A stretch of DNA of 64,000 nucleotides from a virus (IMGVR_UViG_3300009183_000091:1681-65680), one strand, 5' to 3'; positions 48,102 through 57,355 are shown, counted from the first letter of the stretch. The notes: generated by a model not told the origin, from the sequence alone. Numbers and translations: made by a program.

Positions 48102-48920
48102 TTAGCCTATAGTTTTTTCAATTATACTTCTTCCTGTACCAGCATCTACAATAGATCTCTGAATACTTCCGTACAACATTTTTTCATGTTGCTCAACAGA
48201 ACGCTTAGCCATCTTCTCTACAAGTTGTCTACGCATGTTCTCAGGACTCTGTGTAACAGGTAATCCCTCTTGTTGCGCTCTTGAGATAACCTGAACATCA
48301 GATAATCTTGAGATAGAAGTTTGTGCTTCAACCATCTTTTGCGCCCAAGTAGCATCAACATTCATTGCAGATTCTACATTTTCAAAGAATAATATTCCGT
48401 ACTGAGTATGACTACGTAAATAATCAACTACAGCTTTAGAATGTATAATCACTGAAGATACAGAAATAACTTGTGTCTCTTTTCCTTTCTTTCTTTTCGT
48501 TCTGATTACAGGTTTAAATTTAATAGCTCCATGTGGAGGTATCTCTTCCATTCCTCTTCTTCTATCTCCATGAATAGAAAACTGATAAGAGAAAGCAAAA
48601 AATACAACAGGATTCTCTAACCAATCTTCCTGTAACTCATTAACGTAATCTAAATCATCATCTAATGCTTCTCTGTCTTTGTTTAATTTTAATTTGTTGA
48701 TCTGAGAATTAAACATATTCATCATACGGTCCTCAGCATCCTTCATCATCTTCTGAACAGCAGATAAAGAAAAGGTAGCCTCTTCTTTCTTTGTCTTCTC
48801 TTCTTCAAATAATTCTACTTCAAAATTTACTGGAGCATCGTTTTGCTCTTCTGTGGATAACATCTCAATGTTTGATTCTTCAACTTTAGATGATACCTCT
48901 TCTTTTTTCTTAATTGCCAT
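48102..48920 (-). CDS. hypothetical protein downstream of the major capsid gene
   Basis: 272 aa, acidic N-terminus. Confidence 0.6.
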   Translation of the reverse strand: MAIKKKEEVSSKVEESNIEMLSTEEQNDAPVNFEVELFEEEKTKKEEATFSLSAVQKMMKDAEDRMMNMFNSQINKLKLNKDREALDDDLDYVNELQEDWLENPVVFFAFSYQFSIHGDRRRGMEEIPPHGAIKFKPVIRTKRKKGKETQVISVSSVIIHSKAVVDYLRSHTQYGILFFENVESAMNVDATWAQKMVEAQTSISRLSDVQVISRAQQEGLPVTQSPENMRRQLVEKMAKRSVEQHEKMLYGSIQRSIVDAGTGRSIIEKTIG

Positions 48921-48947
48921 TTTTATTATTTTATTTTAATAAGTAAA

Positions 48948-48969
48948 TAAAAGGGGAGCGAACTCCCCT
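48948..48969 (-). terminator. intrinsic terminator after the major capsid gene
   Basis: AGGGGAG-TTCG-CTCCCCTTTT on the - strand. Confidence 0.8.
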
Positions 48970-48983
48970 CATATATATATCTA

Positions 48984-50222
48984 TTAGATTGTTACATCAA
49001 GATAAGCACATGCTAATGGATTGTTAAATTTAACACCCATGTTGCAATCTACCCATACATCACCGTAACGTTTAGGAACTCCATCCTCTAATTTCAATGT
49101 ATCTCCAGAACGCTCACCCCAAAGTTGTACTCTTTTGATATTTTTCATATCTGCGATAACGATTCTGTTAGCAAATGAACCAGGGAATGATGCAGCATCC
49201 TCAAATCGTTTGTAAGGAACAAGAACGATACGAGATGATCCAAGGTTAATCTCTTTCAAGTTTAACAATGCGATCTCATCATTTGGAGCATAACGTGTCA
49301 ACTCTTCTTTGTAAGCAAGAGACAACATACGATGCATACGTGGAGTCATGTAAGCCATACGAGCTTGTCCATAATCACCAAATTCAGAAGACAATACCAT
49401 ATCCTCAAATGCATCTACCAAAGTAGAAGCAGTAGCTACAGCGTTAGGAGATCCAGCTTCAACCATAGAAGTAAATATACCACCAGTTGTTTTAGCAGGA
49501 GTACCATTAGCAGTTACAACCTCACCTTTTTGACCTGTCCAAAGTGCATTGGAAATATCAATTCTGTGTTGGTTAAACATTGCGTTACGCTCCATCTCTA
49601 AGAAGTTAGCAGTAGTACCCATGTTTTTCAACTTGTGTAGTTCTACTTCAGAGTAACGGATAGCTTTGTTAAACAACTGTACGTAGTTAACTCGCTCGAT
49701 TGTAGAAGCACGAAAATACTGAGCAAATCCCTCAGAACCATCATGATCTACTGTAGATACGTTAGCCAATACATCACCGATAGCAACAGCTGGTAAAGTA
49801 TCACCATTGTAAGGAGAAACAGTTACAGTTAATAAAGAAGTATCAACAGCAATAACACTACCTTTTTGTCCGTTAGGATAAGAGATGATTGTGTTAGTAG
49901 AGATATTATCTACAGACGCAACATTTAAAGTTTGCGTAGTTGGATAAGATACAGAAGCAGATACAGCTGTTATTTGAAGAGGCTCACGTTGGTAGCCCAT
50001 TTCTTGGAAGAAATACTCATCAGAGTTCACAGTCTCAGCTGGAATCATGTTCATAAGTTTCAAATCCATGAACTGTTGTGGAGCAGCATCAAAGATAGCT
50101 CTGTTAGTTAATTTTTGGACCAACAATGAGATGTCGTGACCATACAAGTTAGCATACTCAGACCCAACGGAGTTGTAGTTCTGATTCGAAAATCTTGCGC
50201 TTGTTTCGTTGTACAAAGACAT
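48984..50222 (-). CDS. major capsid protein
   Basis: 412 aa after portal and scaffold; NYVQLF, H..DI.NALWTG, TTGGI motifs; followed by a strong terminator. Confidence 0.85.
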   Translation of the reverse strand: MSLYNETSARFSNQNYNSVGSEYANLYGHDISLLVQKLTNRAIFDAAPQQFMDLKLMNMIPAETVNSDEYFFQEMGYQREPLQITAVSASVSYPTTQTLNVASVDNISTNTIISYPNGQKGSVIAVDTSLLTVTVSPYNGDTLPAVAIGDVLANVSTVDHDGSEGFAQYFRASTIERVNYVQLFNKAIRYSEVELHKLKNMGTTANFLEMERNAMFNQHRIDISNALWTGQKGEVVTANGTPAKTTGGIFTSMVEAGSPNAVATASTLVDAFEDMVLSSEFGDYGQARMAYMTPRMHRMLSLAYKEELTRYAPNDEIALLNLKEINLGSSRIVLVPYKRFEDAASFPGSFANRIVIADMKNIKRVQLWGERSGDTLKLEDGVPKRYGDVWVDCNMGVKFNNPLACAYLDVTI

Positions 50223-50252
50223 AATTTAATTATTAAACGGTTTTACAAAATA

Positions 50253-51398
50253 TTAAGCGTAAGGATCATTTTTGAACATTGATGATAAGTGCTGCACTTC
50301 TTTTGAGCTGAAGTTCTGTTCGTTCCCAGATACTTTTTGCTTTCTAAGTTGTTTAGAACTTGTATCAACTATTCGCTGATTAGCCTTACTTTCCCCCCTA
50401 CGTTCTGCCACTTTCTTAACTGACTCCAGCATCTTCTTACCGTACACAGCGTATGCAACTAATTCTGCTGCATCTTCATTGTACGAGCCATCTGCCTTTG
50501 TAAACAAATTATCAATCTTCCCCTCAACCAAGATATTCCTAATCTTTGCGACTTCGGTCTTACTGAAGTTAGGGTAAGCCTTACTTAGATTTTCTACGGA
50601 AAGCAAAGCACTCTTTTTTGTCATCTGAAATTCATTCTTCTGACGTTGAGTAAATTGCTCACGCTCTTCATCTAACGCTTGTTTGTCTGTATTGAACATT
50701 CGTTTAGTTGAGCCTGCTAACATCTTTAAGCGATCTTCAAATTCGTCATCATCAATCTTGCCATTTTCTAGCCTTTCTAATAACTCATCATACTGCTCAC
50801 TCAAATAGTGCTGAACAAGGTTCTCAGGGTCTTGGCGACTAAAGTCGCTTGAGAAGTCCAGTCTTTCATTCTGATTAAAAGCCTTAGTGTAATCATCACC
50901 ATTAGCCCACAAGTTAACTGCCTGTCTAATTTCAGGTGGCATAGCTTGTAAATCAGATGTCAATAATTCAAGCTCACGTTTAGTATCAGACACTTCCTGT
51001 GCTTGATTTCTCCACGTATCAGCAGAAGAAAAGAATTTAGCTACGTCTTTTACTCCGTACTTAGACTCAATGAATTTTTGCATTTCCTTAGTAGGCTCAA
51101 AAGTTAACTGAACTTCTTTCTCTACTTTAGCTTCTTTAGTAACTCCAAAGACATCATCAACGTCTTCATCATACTCTTCATCTTCGTCCTCATCCTCTTC
51201 ATCCTCATCTGTCTCGCTTGACTGACTGCTCATTTGTTCTTTTGCGGCCATCAAGTCTTTGTACTCTTGCGAGTTTGCGAAGGAAGCATCCATGCTTGCT
51301 AACGCTTCTATTTGTCTAATCTGATCCTCCATTTCGGGGGTATATTCACCCCCTGATGTTGAGTCGTCATTAACAAAATCTTCCGAATTGTCAATCAT
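50253..51398 (-). CDS. capsid scaffolding protein
   Basis: Acidic helical protein between portal and MCP; TAATTTTG promoter at 51416-51423. Confidence 0.7.
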   Translation of the reverse strand: MIDNSEDFVNDDSTSGGEYTPEMEDQIRQIEALASMDASFANSQEYKDLMAAKEQMSSQSSETDEDEEDEDEDEEYDEDVDDVFGVTKEAKVEKEVQLTFEPTKEMQKFIESKYGVKDVAKFFSSADTWRNQAQEVSDTKRELELLTSDLQAMPPEIRQAVNLWANGDDYTKAFNQNERLDFSSDFSRQDPENLVQHYLSEQYDELLERLENGKIDDDEFEDRLKMLAGSTKRMFNTDKQALDEEREQFTQRQKNEFQMTKKSALLSVENLSKAYPNFSKTEVAKIRNILVEGKIDNLFTKADGSYNEDAAELVAYAVYGKKMLESVKKVAERRGESKANQRIVDTSSKQLRKQKVSGNEQNFSSKEVQHLSSMFKNDPYA

Positions 51399-51443
51399 AC
51401 GTATTTATTTTAGTTCAAAATTAACATATTTTTTCATATATCA

Positions 51444-53675
51444 TTATTGAGGAGGTAAACTTTCTTGAGATTGTACAGCTAACTTAGCTGCTTCTCTCTC
51501 ATTCTTAGCTCCTTCCTTCACTGCAATCTTCTCCATTTCTTGCTGATGTGCCATTTGCTCCATGCCCATTTGCTGCTGTTGAGCCGCTTGTTGTTGTTGA
51601 GCCATCTGATCTTGCATCTGTGCTTGTTGCTGTAATCCTTGCTCCACTCCTTGCTGTTGTGCTTGAGTAGCCATAGATTGTGCTTGCATTTTAAGTCTGT
51701 TGTAATTTCTTAATTCTCTAGCGATGACATCTGGGCTAGCTCTATTAAAGAGATTAGCGAAAATTACTTGGTCTATTAAACCAGCTTGCAACAAAGTAAA
51801 TAGTAATTGATTTCCTGCGTTTACTCCTGCCTCAGCAGATTCAGAACGCTTGATAAATATTCTATAGTCCTGTAATAAGTGATCCTCTGTAAGAGTAATG
51901 TTCTGTAATCCTTTATCTCCTACCATCATAGCTAACTTACGAGGATTGTCAAAGTAAACAGCTTTACCTACAGTAGCCATGTGTTCGTATGCTTGTTTTA
52001 ATATAGATGTCAAGGCCCAATAGAAAGGCTCTTGAACTAATGAACCTCTTTGAATTTGAGCTTCTACTACACCTACTAACATATCTCCACCTCCCTGAGT
52101 TCCTGTCATCGCTTCATTAACACCTGTAACGTCTTGAATTGATTGCTGAATAGTTTGTACTGCCTGGAACATTTGTAGTGTCCCCTGACCAATGTTTGTA
52201 CCATAAGTACCAATAGCATTCTGTACTGAACCTACTCTATCTGTATCTACAAAGATTGGCTTAGATGCATTGATGTTTCTCATTACGTCAGCTTCTCCAT
52301 CTCTATCGTCTACAGCAGATTTAGATATTACAGTACCAGTACCCCTCATGTTTGACATTTGAGATTCTACTACAGACAATGTTCTATTTAAGAACCTTTG
52401 TGGATCTATGACATCATCAAGAGGCGTAAGTACTTCTCCACGATCATATACCCACGTATAGCATTTGTACGGAAATTTAACATTCGATGGTTCATATAAA
52501 TTCTTTTCTTGGTATGGTAATATTCCACACTCTAATATAATGTCTCCATCAGCACTACCTAACTCCTCAGCAGGAATCATAATAGCGTATCTCATGACAT
52601 CTACATAGATCGTGTGTTTCTTCTTCTTTCCTAATTCTTCTTTATGTGCTTCTGTTTGTGGCTCTATCAAGTCTTTGTCTTTATACTTAGAGTCACTATC
52701 ATTAATCATGGTGTATTGTGGATAACCAAAATCATCCATCACCCATCCGTATTCTTTTCTTTCAACGTCTTTCCAATATACTTCATAAACAGGAATCTTT
52801 CCACCAGGCTGCATGTAGATACCATTAACGATCTTATGCATGATATTAGACCTATTGTTCTTTCCGTACTCCTCAATTAATAGTCTTTCGTCTTTAGTTA
52901 AGTCTTCATACGTTTCATAGATACTAGGAGCATCCATGTAGTACCATTCTCCCATGTGTTCAGCATCTGATAAATCAGGTTTAGTAGCTGACATATCCCA
53001 CAAAAAGAATAATGGATTAACGGATTTAGCCATGTAGTTGTCATTCAACTCATATCCTTTATAGATACCTAATCCACAAATAGCCAAGTTACGAGTAATC
53101 TGTACTTTTAACTCATCTATATTTATCTCCTGTGCGATGTATTCTATAAGGTTATTGATGTCTTGTTCGTATTCCTCAACGAAAGTGTTGTAGAACAGCT
53201 CCTCTGTCGTCACAGCGTCATCCTGTACTGGTGAGTTCTCCTTGATTATATCTTTAAAGAATGGAAACTCATCTGCTATCTTTTGAAGAACTCTTATTTT
53301 CTTGATTTCTTCTTCTCTTTTATTGATTACAAAATCAGAGATACAAGTAGCCTTAGCATCGAATCCTAATCGTATAGCATTACCAATGTATTGTTGTACC
53401 ATTGGCTTGATTACGTTCTTAGTCCATTTCAAACGGTTACGGATGTCTCCTGATTCATCAAGGAAGAAAGCCTCTACATCTTCATCAAATATCCATTGTC
53501 CATCTTGACCTCTAAAGAATGACCAGTTTACAATACATTTATTTATAAATTGTCTGTAAAGGAAATTACTCATTGAAGACAAAACATACTTAGCATAATC
53601 TCTATGGTAAGTTTTATCTTTTATTCTAGTAAGTTTATTAGGTCTTACTCTATTTTGACTGAACATGTAACTCAT
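51444..53675 (-). CDS. portal protein
   Basis: NVIKPMV..IG, DPQRFLN, QDVTGVNEAMTG, Q-rich C-terminal barrel. Confidence 0.9.
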   Translation of the reverse strand: MSYMFSQNRVRPNKLTRIKDKTYHRDYAKYVLSSMSNFLYRQFINKCIVNWSFFRGQDGQWIFDEDVEAFFLDESGDIRNRLKWTKNVIKPMVQQYIGNAIRLGFDAKATCISDFVINKREEEIKKIRVLQKIADEFPFFKDIIKENSPVQDDAVTTEELFYNTFVEEYEQDINNLIEYIAQEINIDELKVQITRNLAICGLGIYKGYELNDNYMAKSVNPLFFLWDMSATKPDLSDAEHMGEWYYMDAPSIYETYEDLTKDERLLIEEYGKNNRSNIMHKIVNGIYMQPGGKIPVYEVYWKDVERKEYGWVMDDFGYPQYTMINDSDSKYKDKDLIEPQTEAHKEELGKKKKHTIYVDVMRYAIMIPAEELGSADGDIILECGILPYQEKNLYEPSNVKFPYKCYTWVYDRGEVLTPLDDVIDPQRFLNRTLSVVESQMSNMRGTGTVISKSAVDDRDGEADVMRNINASKPIFVDTDRVGSVQNAIGTYGTNIGQGTLQMFQAVQTIQQSIQDVTGVNEAMTGTQGGGDMLVGVVEAQIQRGSLVQEPFYWALTSILKQAYEHMATVGKAVYFDNPRKLAMMVGDKGLQNITLTEDHLLQDYRIFIKRSESAEAGVNAGNQLLFTLLQAGLIDQVIFANLFNRASPDVIARELRNYNRLKMQAQSMATQAQQQGVEQGLQQQAQMQDQMAQQQQAAQQQQMGMEQMAHQQEMEKIAVKEGAKNEREAAKLAVQSQESLPPQ

Positions 53676-54238
53676 CGTAGTACATCATTTATTTTAACAA
53701 GGATCTCTTTCTTCGTCTTTCTATCTTTAACTTTCACACCGTATGAAGTCTCTAGTCGTTTTACCATATCAGGTAGCTCTTCATGAATCTTCACAAGTAA
53801 GTCAGTATATTTTTTCTTCTCATCTACTTCCATTGAAGCTAACTCAGAAGAACCAACCATCACCATCTCATTGAGCATCTCAAACATATATTCACTAAGT
53901 AGCTTTGCTCGTAGTCTATACTCTGGATTAAACTCTTCCATTTTTTTAATGGCTTCTCTAATCTCTACAGGTATATCACCATCTATCAATGCTTTAAGAT
54001 TCCTTTGTTGTTGATACGTTTTACCAAAAACAATCTCTAAAGCTCTACTCAATCTCTCTCTCTTGTCGCTCAACTTGTACAAAGGACTTGTTCTGTTTCC
54101 TAGTAACCAGCAGAGTCTTACTTCTTTTGCTTTAAGGTTCTTAAACTCATCTATCTGAGCTAATTCAGGATATTCTATTCTTAGATCATCTCCTGACTCT
54201 AAACCAAAAAGCACTATTTCAACTTCTTTTTGTGCCAT
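53672..54238 (-). CDS. hypothetical protein upstream of portal (terminase small subunit candidate)
   Basis: 188 aa helical; coupled to portal; TATCTTTG at 54280-54287. Confidence 0.45.
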   Translation of the reverse strand: MAQKEVEIVLFGLESGDDLRIEYPELAQIDEFKNLKAKEVRLCWLLGNRTSPLYKLSDKRERLSRALEIVFGKTYQQQRNLKALIDGDIPVEIREAIKKMEEFNPEYRLRAKLLSEYMFEMLNEMVMVGSSELASMEVDEKKKYTDLLVKIHEELPDMVKRLETSYGVKVKDRKTKKEILVKINDVLR

Positions 54239-54299
54239 AAATTTAATAAAAAAGGGTAGAGAAATTAATCCCTACCCCACAAAGATAATAATTTTTTAA

Positions 54300-55139
54300 T
54301 TATACAGCAGGACAACCTTGGTAATTAGCAGCCTGAGCTAAAGAAGCAACAGCCCATGAACCATTCAAGATTGAAGTTAACTTAGTTACAGTAGCAGCAG
54401 TATTTGCTCCAGCAGTATTTAAATAAACTAAAGAAGTAGCATTTCTGATTACACCTAATCCAGATACAGCATTGTGACGAATCACACTTCGGTGTAAGAT
54501 AATGTAACGATTATAAACAGGACCAGTAACTAAAGCAGCATTAGGAAAGTATCTTAATACTTCAGTAACAGTTCCAACTGGAGCTACCCATGCAGTAGAG
54601 CTAGTAATCATAGCAGGAGTAATTCCTGGTACATTGATTTCAACAAATAAAGGACCAGCTAAAGCAGAAAGAGCAGTGATACGAACAATGTCACCAGCTA
54701 CAGAAGCAGCAGTAAAGTATGCAGATGGATCAGCAGCAATACGAGCAACAAAAGCAGCTTGTAATTCAGCTACAGTTGGAGTAGCATCAACAGAAACTGT
54801 GTAAGTACGAGGGATGTAAACGGCTCTAGTCTCTTGACCACCTCCAAAGAAGTTTTGTACGTAAGGAGCAGAAATTGTCAAAGAGTAAATGTTGTTAGCA
54901 ACAAGTACAGCAGTAGTTAAATCAACATCTACTACGTTAGGAGTTCCAGTAAGGTTAGCTGCATCATAGCGAAACCCTAACAAGTCACATGCTTTAAGAA
55001 CAACTGCATTAGCTCCTGTTGCATCTTTAACTGTTAATACTCCGTTAGCTAACACTACATCTGTTGCAACTGTTGGTGCATTCAAGACAGAGATACTATC
55101 TAACTCTTGAACTCTTGGTAATTTGTAATTAAAATTCAT
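54300..55139 (-). CDS. putative auxiliary capsid / decoration protein
   Basis: A/T/V-rich; own promoter (55214-55221) and terminator-like hairpin (about 54250-54278). Confidence 0.55.
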   Translation of the reverse strand: MNFNYKLPRVQELDSISVLNAPTVATDVVLANGVLTVKDATGANAVVLKACDLLGFRYDAANLTGTPNVVDVDLTTAVLVANNIYSLTISAPYVQNFFGGGQETRAVYIPRTYTVSVDATPTVAELQAAFVARIAADPSAYFTAASVAGDIVRITALSALAGPLFVEINVPGITPAMITSSTAWVAPVGTVTEVLRYFPNAALVTGPVYNRYIILHRSVIRHNAVSGLGVIRNATSLVYLNTAGANTAATVTKLTSILNGSWAVASLAQAANYQGCPAV

Positions 55140-55191
55140 AATAAAAAAATTTAGTCACTGATATTTCTATCTGTGTTGTTAATTAAAAAAC

Positions 55192-55206
55192 TTAACACTG
55201 TGTTAA
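55192..55206. promoter_or_regulatory. perfect palindrome, candidate operator
   Basis: TTAACAC-T-GTGTTAA next to the promoter at 55214-55221. Confidence 0.45.
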
Positions 55207-55254
55207 ATCCTGACAAAGATATAAAAAATTTTAAATATGTTTTTTTTGGGAATA

Positions 55255-55470
55255 AAGATTAAGATTAAATTATAATTTATTATGATTTAATTTTTATTTT
55301 TATTTCTTTTTTCTTTTTCTCTTTTTTTTCTTTTTAGATTATGTATAGAGTATATATATTTATATATATACGAATATATATAATCGTTTTTCTTTTTTGA
55401 TTAATTCTTTTTTGGTTCTTTTTTCTTATTAAACTTTTTTCTTTGTTTTTCTTTTTTTTCTCTTTCAGAA
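55255..55470. repeat. AT-rich low-complexity tract (TTTTTC runs around a TA-repeat core)
   Basis: Visible composition; lies between divergent promoters. Confidence 0.7.
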
Positions 55471-55519
55471 GTTATTTCTAAAAAAGTGTTAAAATATTTT
55501 TCGATTAAAAAAACTTTAA

Positions 55520-55527
55520 TAACTTTG
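55520..55527 (+). promoter_or_regulatory. Bacteroidota -7 element
   Basis: TAACTTTG. Confidence 0.7.
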
Positions 55528-55529
55528 TC

Positions 55530-55605
55530 TCGCTTTGAATGGATGATGATTTCATTTGATTTTACTTTGTTGAGAAGGGAGTGAAGGTTAGTAGCTCCCT
55601 TTTTT
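55530..55605 (+). ncRNA. candidate small antisense RNA targeting early-gene start regions
   Basis: Bounded by promoter 55520-55527 and terminator AAGGGAG/CTCCCTT plus T run; contains TTTCAT..ATTTTACTTTGTTGA. Confidence 0.55.
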
Positions 55606-55619
55606 AAACCCTAAGAATT

Positions 55620-55979
55620 ATGAGTTATAAAGTTGTATGTAAAAACGATAAAGGTATGCCGAAGGATTTTCCTGCTAAGTATTGGATTAAGTCTGGAGAA
55701 GTTTATACAGTTATTGATGCTAAGGAGATGGCATACAACAGAATGGCATTAGGATATAAGTTAGAAGAGATTGATATGCCAGAGGATTGTGTGTATCAGT
55801 ATTTTCTAGCGAATAGATTTGTTCCTCAATCAGATGATTTAGAAGCTGAGATGGCTATGCAAGAATTACTTGATGAGGTAAATGAGATTGTCCCCGAAGT
55901 ACAAGGGGTCGTAGGTCAACTAAGGCGATGTGTAAGGACAGTTTACTTGCTAACGCACACTCTAGTTCCTGAATCGTAA
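55620..55979 (+). CDS. hypothetical protein (SH3-like N-part; 3' end overlaps structured sequence)
   Basis: KVVCKND..GEVYTV..YKLEE..F.ANRF. Confidence 0.65.
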   Translation: MSYKVVCKNDKGMPKDFPAKYWIKSGEVYTVIDAKEMAYNRMALGYKLEEIDMPEDCVYQYFLANRFVPQSDDLEAEMAMQELLDEVNEIVPEVQGVVGQLRRCVRTVYLLTHTLVPES

Positions 55980-56026
55980 GTCAGGCAAAGTTGGCAACTC
56001 TTTCGGTCATATTAAAAGTTGCACAT

Positions 56027-56089
56027 AGTCAGGTGGCGGAAGGGTAAACGCACTACAATCAGCAACAGGTTCGAGTCCTGTCCTGACTA
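56027..56089 (+). ncRNA. tRNA-like element lacking a normal anticodon arm
   Basis: AGTCAGG/CCTGACT acceptor, TGGCGGAA..GGTAAACGC D arm, ACAGG-TTCGAGT-CCTGT T arm; only 13 nt between the D and T arms. Confidence 0.7.
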
Positions 56090-56094
56090 CAATA

Positions 56095-56179
56095 AGCACG
56101 TAAACCTAAGTACCTGTACAGCGGTGAGTAACGGGCTAAGTTAGATACAATTCCTCGTGCTGGGAGTAGAATGCTTAGG
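56095..56179 (+). ncRNA. candidate pseudoknotted RNA between tRNA-like elements
   Basis: CCTAAGTA/TGCTTAGG closing stem, two internal hairpins, AGCACG/CGTGCT loop pairing. Confidence 0.45.
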
Positions 56180-56192
56180 AGCGTGTTTTTAT

Positions 56193-56265
56193 AGCCAAGT
56201 AGCTTAGTGGTAAAGCCCGACCTTTTAAGTCGGAGTACGCAGAGTTCGATTCTTTGTCTTGGCTC
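56193..56265 (+). tRNA. tRNA-Lys(UUU), atypical
   Basis: AGCCAAG/CTTGGCT acceptor, GCTT/AAGC D stem, CCGAC-CTTTTAA-GTCGG anticodon arm, GTTCGATTC T loop; no encoded CCA. Confidence 0.7.
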
Positions 56266-56277
56266 AAAAAATTTTAT

Positions 56278-57033
56278 ATGTATCAATTAGTAACTGAGCT
56301 TAACAAGTTCAACAACGTAGTCTTCAATGAAGAAGATCACTCTTATTACCTTAACTTTAAAAGATGTGTATCAACAACAGAACTTATTGGAAGATATAAG
56401 AAGAAGTTTGAGACAGACATCATGGCCTATAAAGTGGCTGTTCGTGATGGAAGAACTTTCAATGATGTAATAGCTGAGTGGGATGATAAGAGAATAACAT
56501 CTCAAGTAAAAGGAACAGAGCTTCATAAATGCGCTGAGCTTATGTTTCAAAGTAAAGGATATAAACCTGATCCTATCGTAACAGATAAGCTATATAAAAT
56601 GTTACATCAGTTTCATGCTGACTATAAGGATAACCTGGCTTTGGTGAGAGCAGAGCTTGTAGTAGGAGATGATACCTATGGCGTATGTGGAATGCTTGAT
56701 AAGTTGTTCTATAATATAGAAGAAGATGAGCTTCAAATATGGGATTATAAGACGAACAAAGAAATCAATATGAAGAGTAAGTATAAGGCTAAGATGATTA
56801 ATGGCTTAAATCACTTAGAAGAGTGCGAATACAACACTTATTCACTACAATTAAGTATATATAAAAAAATAATTGAGAAAAACACTAGTTTAAAAATTGG
56901 AAAATCATATCTTTGCTGGATTAACGAGGAAAATGATTCATATCAAGTAATAGAAACTAAATATTTTGATACGGAATCTACTCTAATGCTAAACAATAGA
57001 ATAGATGAGTACAACTTCAGCTTATTCGAGTAA
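56278..57033 (+). CDS. PD-(D/E)XK (Cas4/RecB-like) exonuclease (start moved to ATG 56278)
   Basis: F.EEDHSY, KGTELH, CGMLD, IWDYKTN, YSLQLSIY. Confidence 0.85.
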   Translation: MYQLVTELNKFNNVVFNEEDHSYYLNFKRCVSTTELIGRYKKKFETDIMAYKVAVRDGRTFNDVIAEWDDKRITSQVKGTELHKCAELMFQSKGYKPDPIVTDKLYKMLHQFHADYKDNLALVRAELVVGDDTYGVCGMLDKLFYNIEEDELQIWDYKTNKEINMKSKYKAKMINGLNHLEECEYNTYSLQLSIYKKIIEKNTSLKIGKSYLCWINEENDSYQVIETKYFDTESTLMLNNRIDEYNFSLFE

Positions 57034-57355
57034 TAAACTCAAACAGGTAATAGATAATAAAACAGATCACTTTATTACTAAGTCATTTGTGTCTGCTGCT
57101 TTTGAACATGAAAGAAGAAAAACAGAATACCACCTGTATTGGTATAATGCTAAGAAAGGGATATACAATGACTTCCATAGATACCAATGCTTATCCCATA
57201 AGTTACTAAACAAAAGAGAAATGAAATTGTTTCTTCAACTTGTAAATGAATACAAAAAAGAAATAGAATCTGAAGATGGTATAATATGGGTTAATAAAGA
57301 TATAGGATTCAATAAAGATAAAGTTATTATTCCTCAGTATCAGTTATTAGTCTAA
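57005..57355 (+). CDS. hypothetical protein
   Basis: 116-aa ORF overlapping the nuclease end. Confidence 0.6.
   Translation: MSTTSAYSSNKLKQVIDNKTDHFITKSFVSAAFEHERRKTEYHLYWYNAKKGIYNDFHRYQCLSHKLLNKREMKLFLQLVNEYKKEIESEDGIIWVNKDIGFNKDKVIIPQYQLLV

Noticed and set aside
56052-56064. Amber suppressor tRNA (CTA in the tRNA-like element)
   Set aside because: No anticodon stem can form around the CTA
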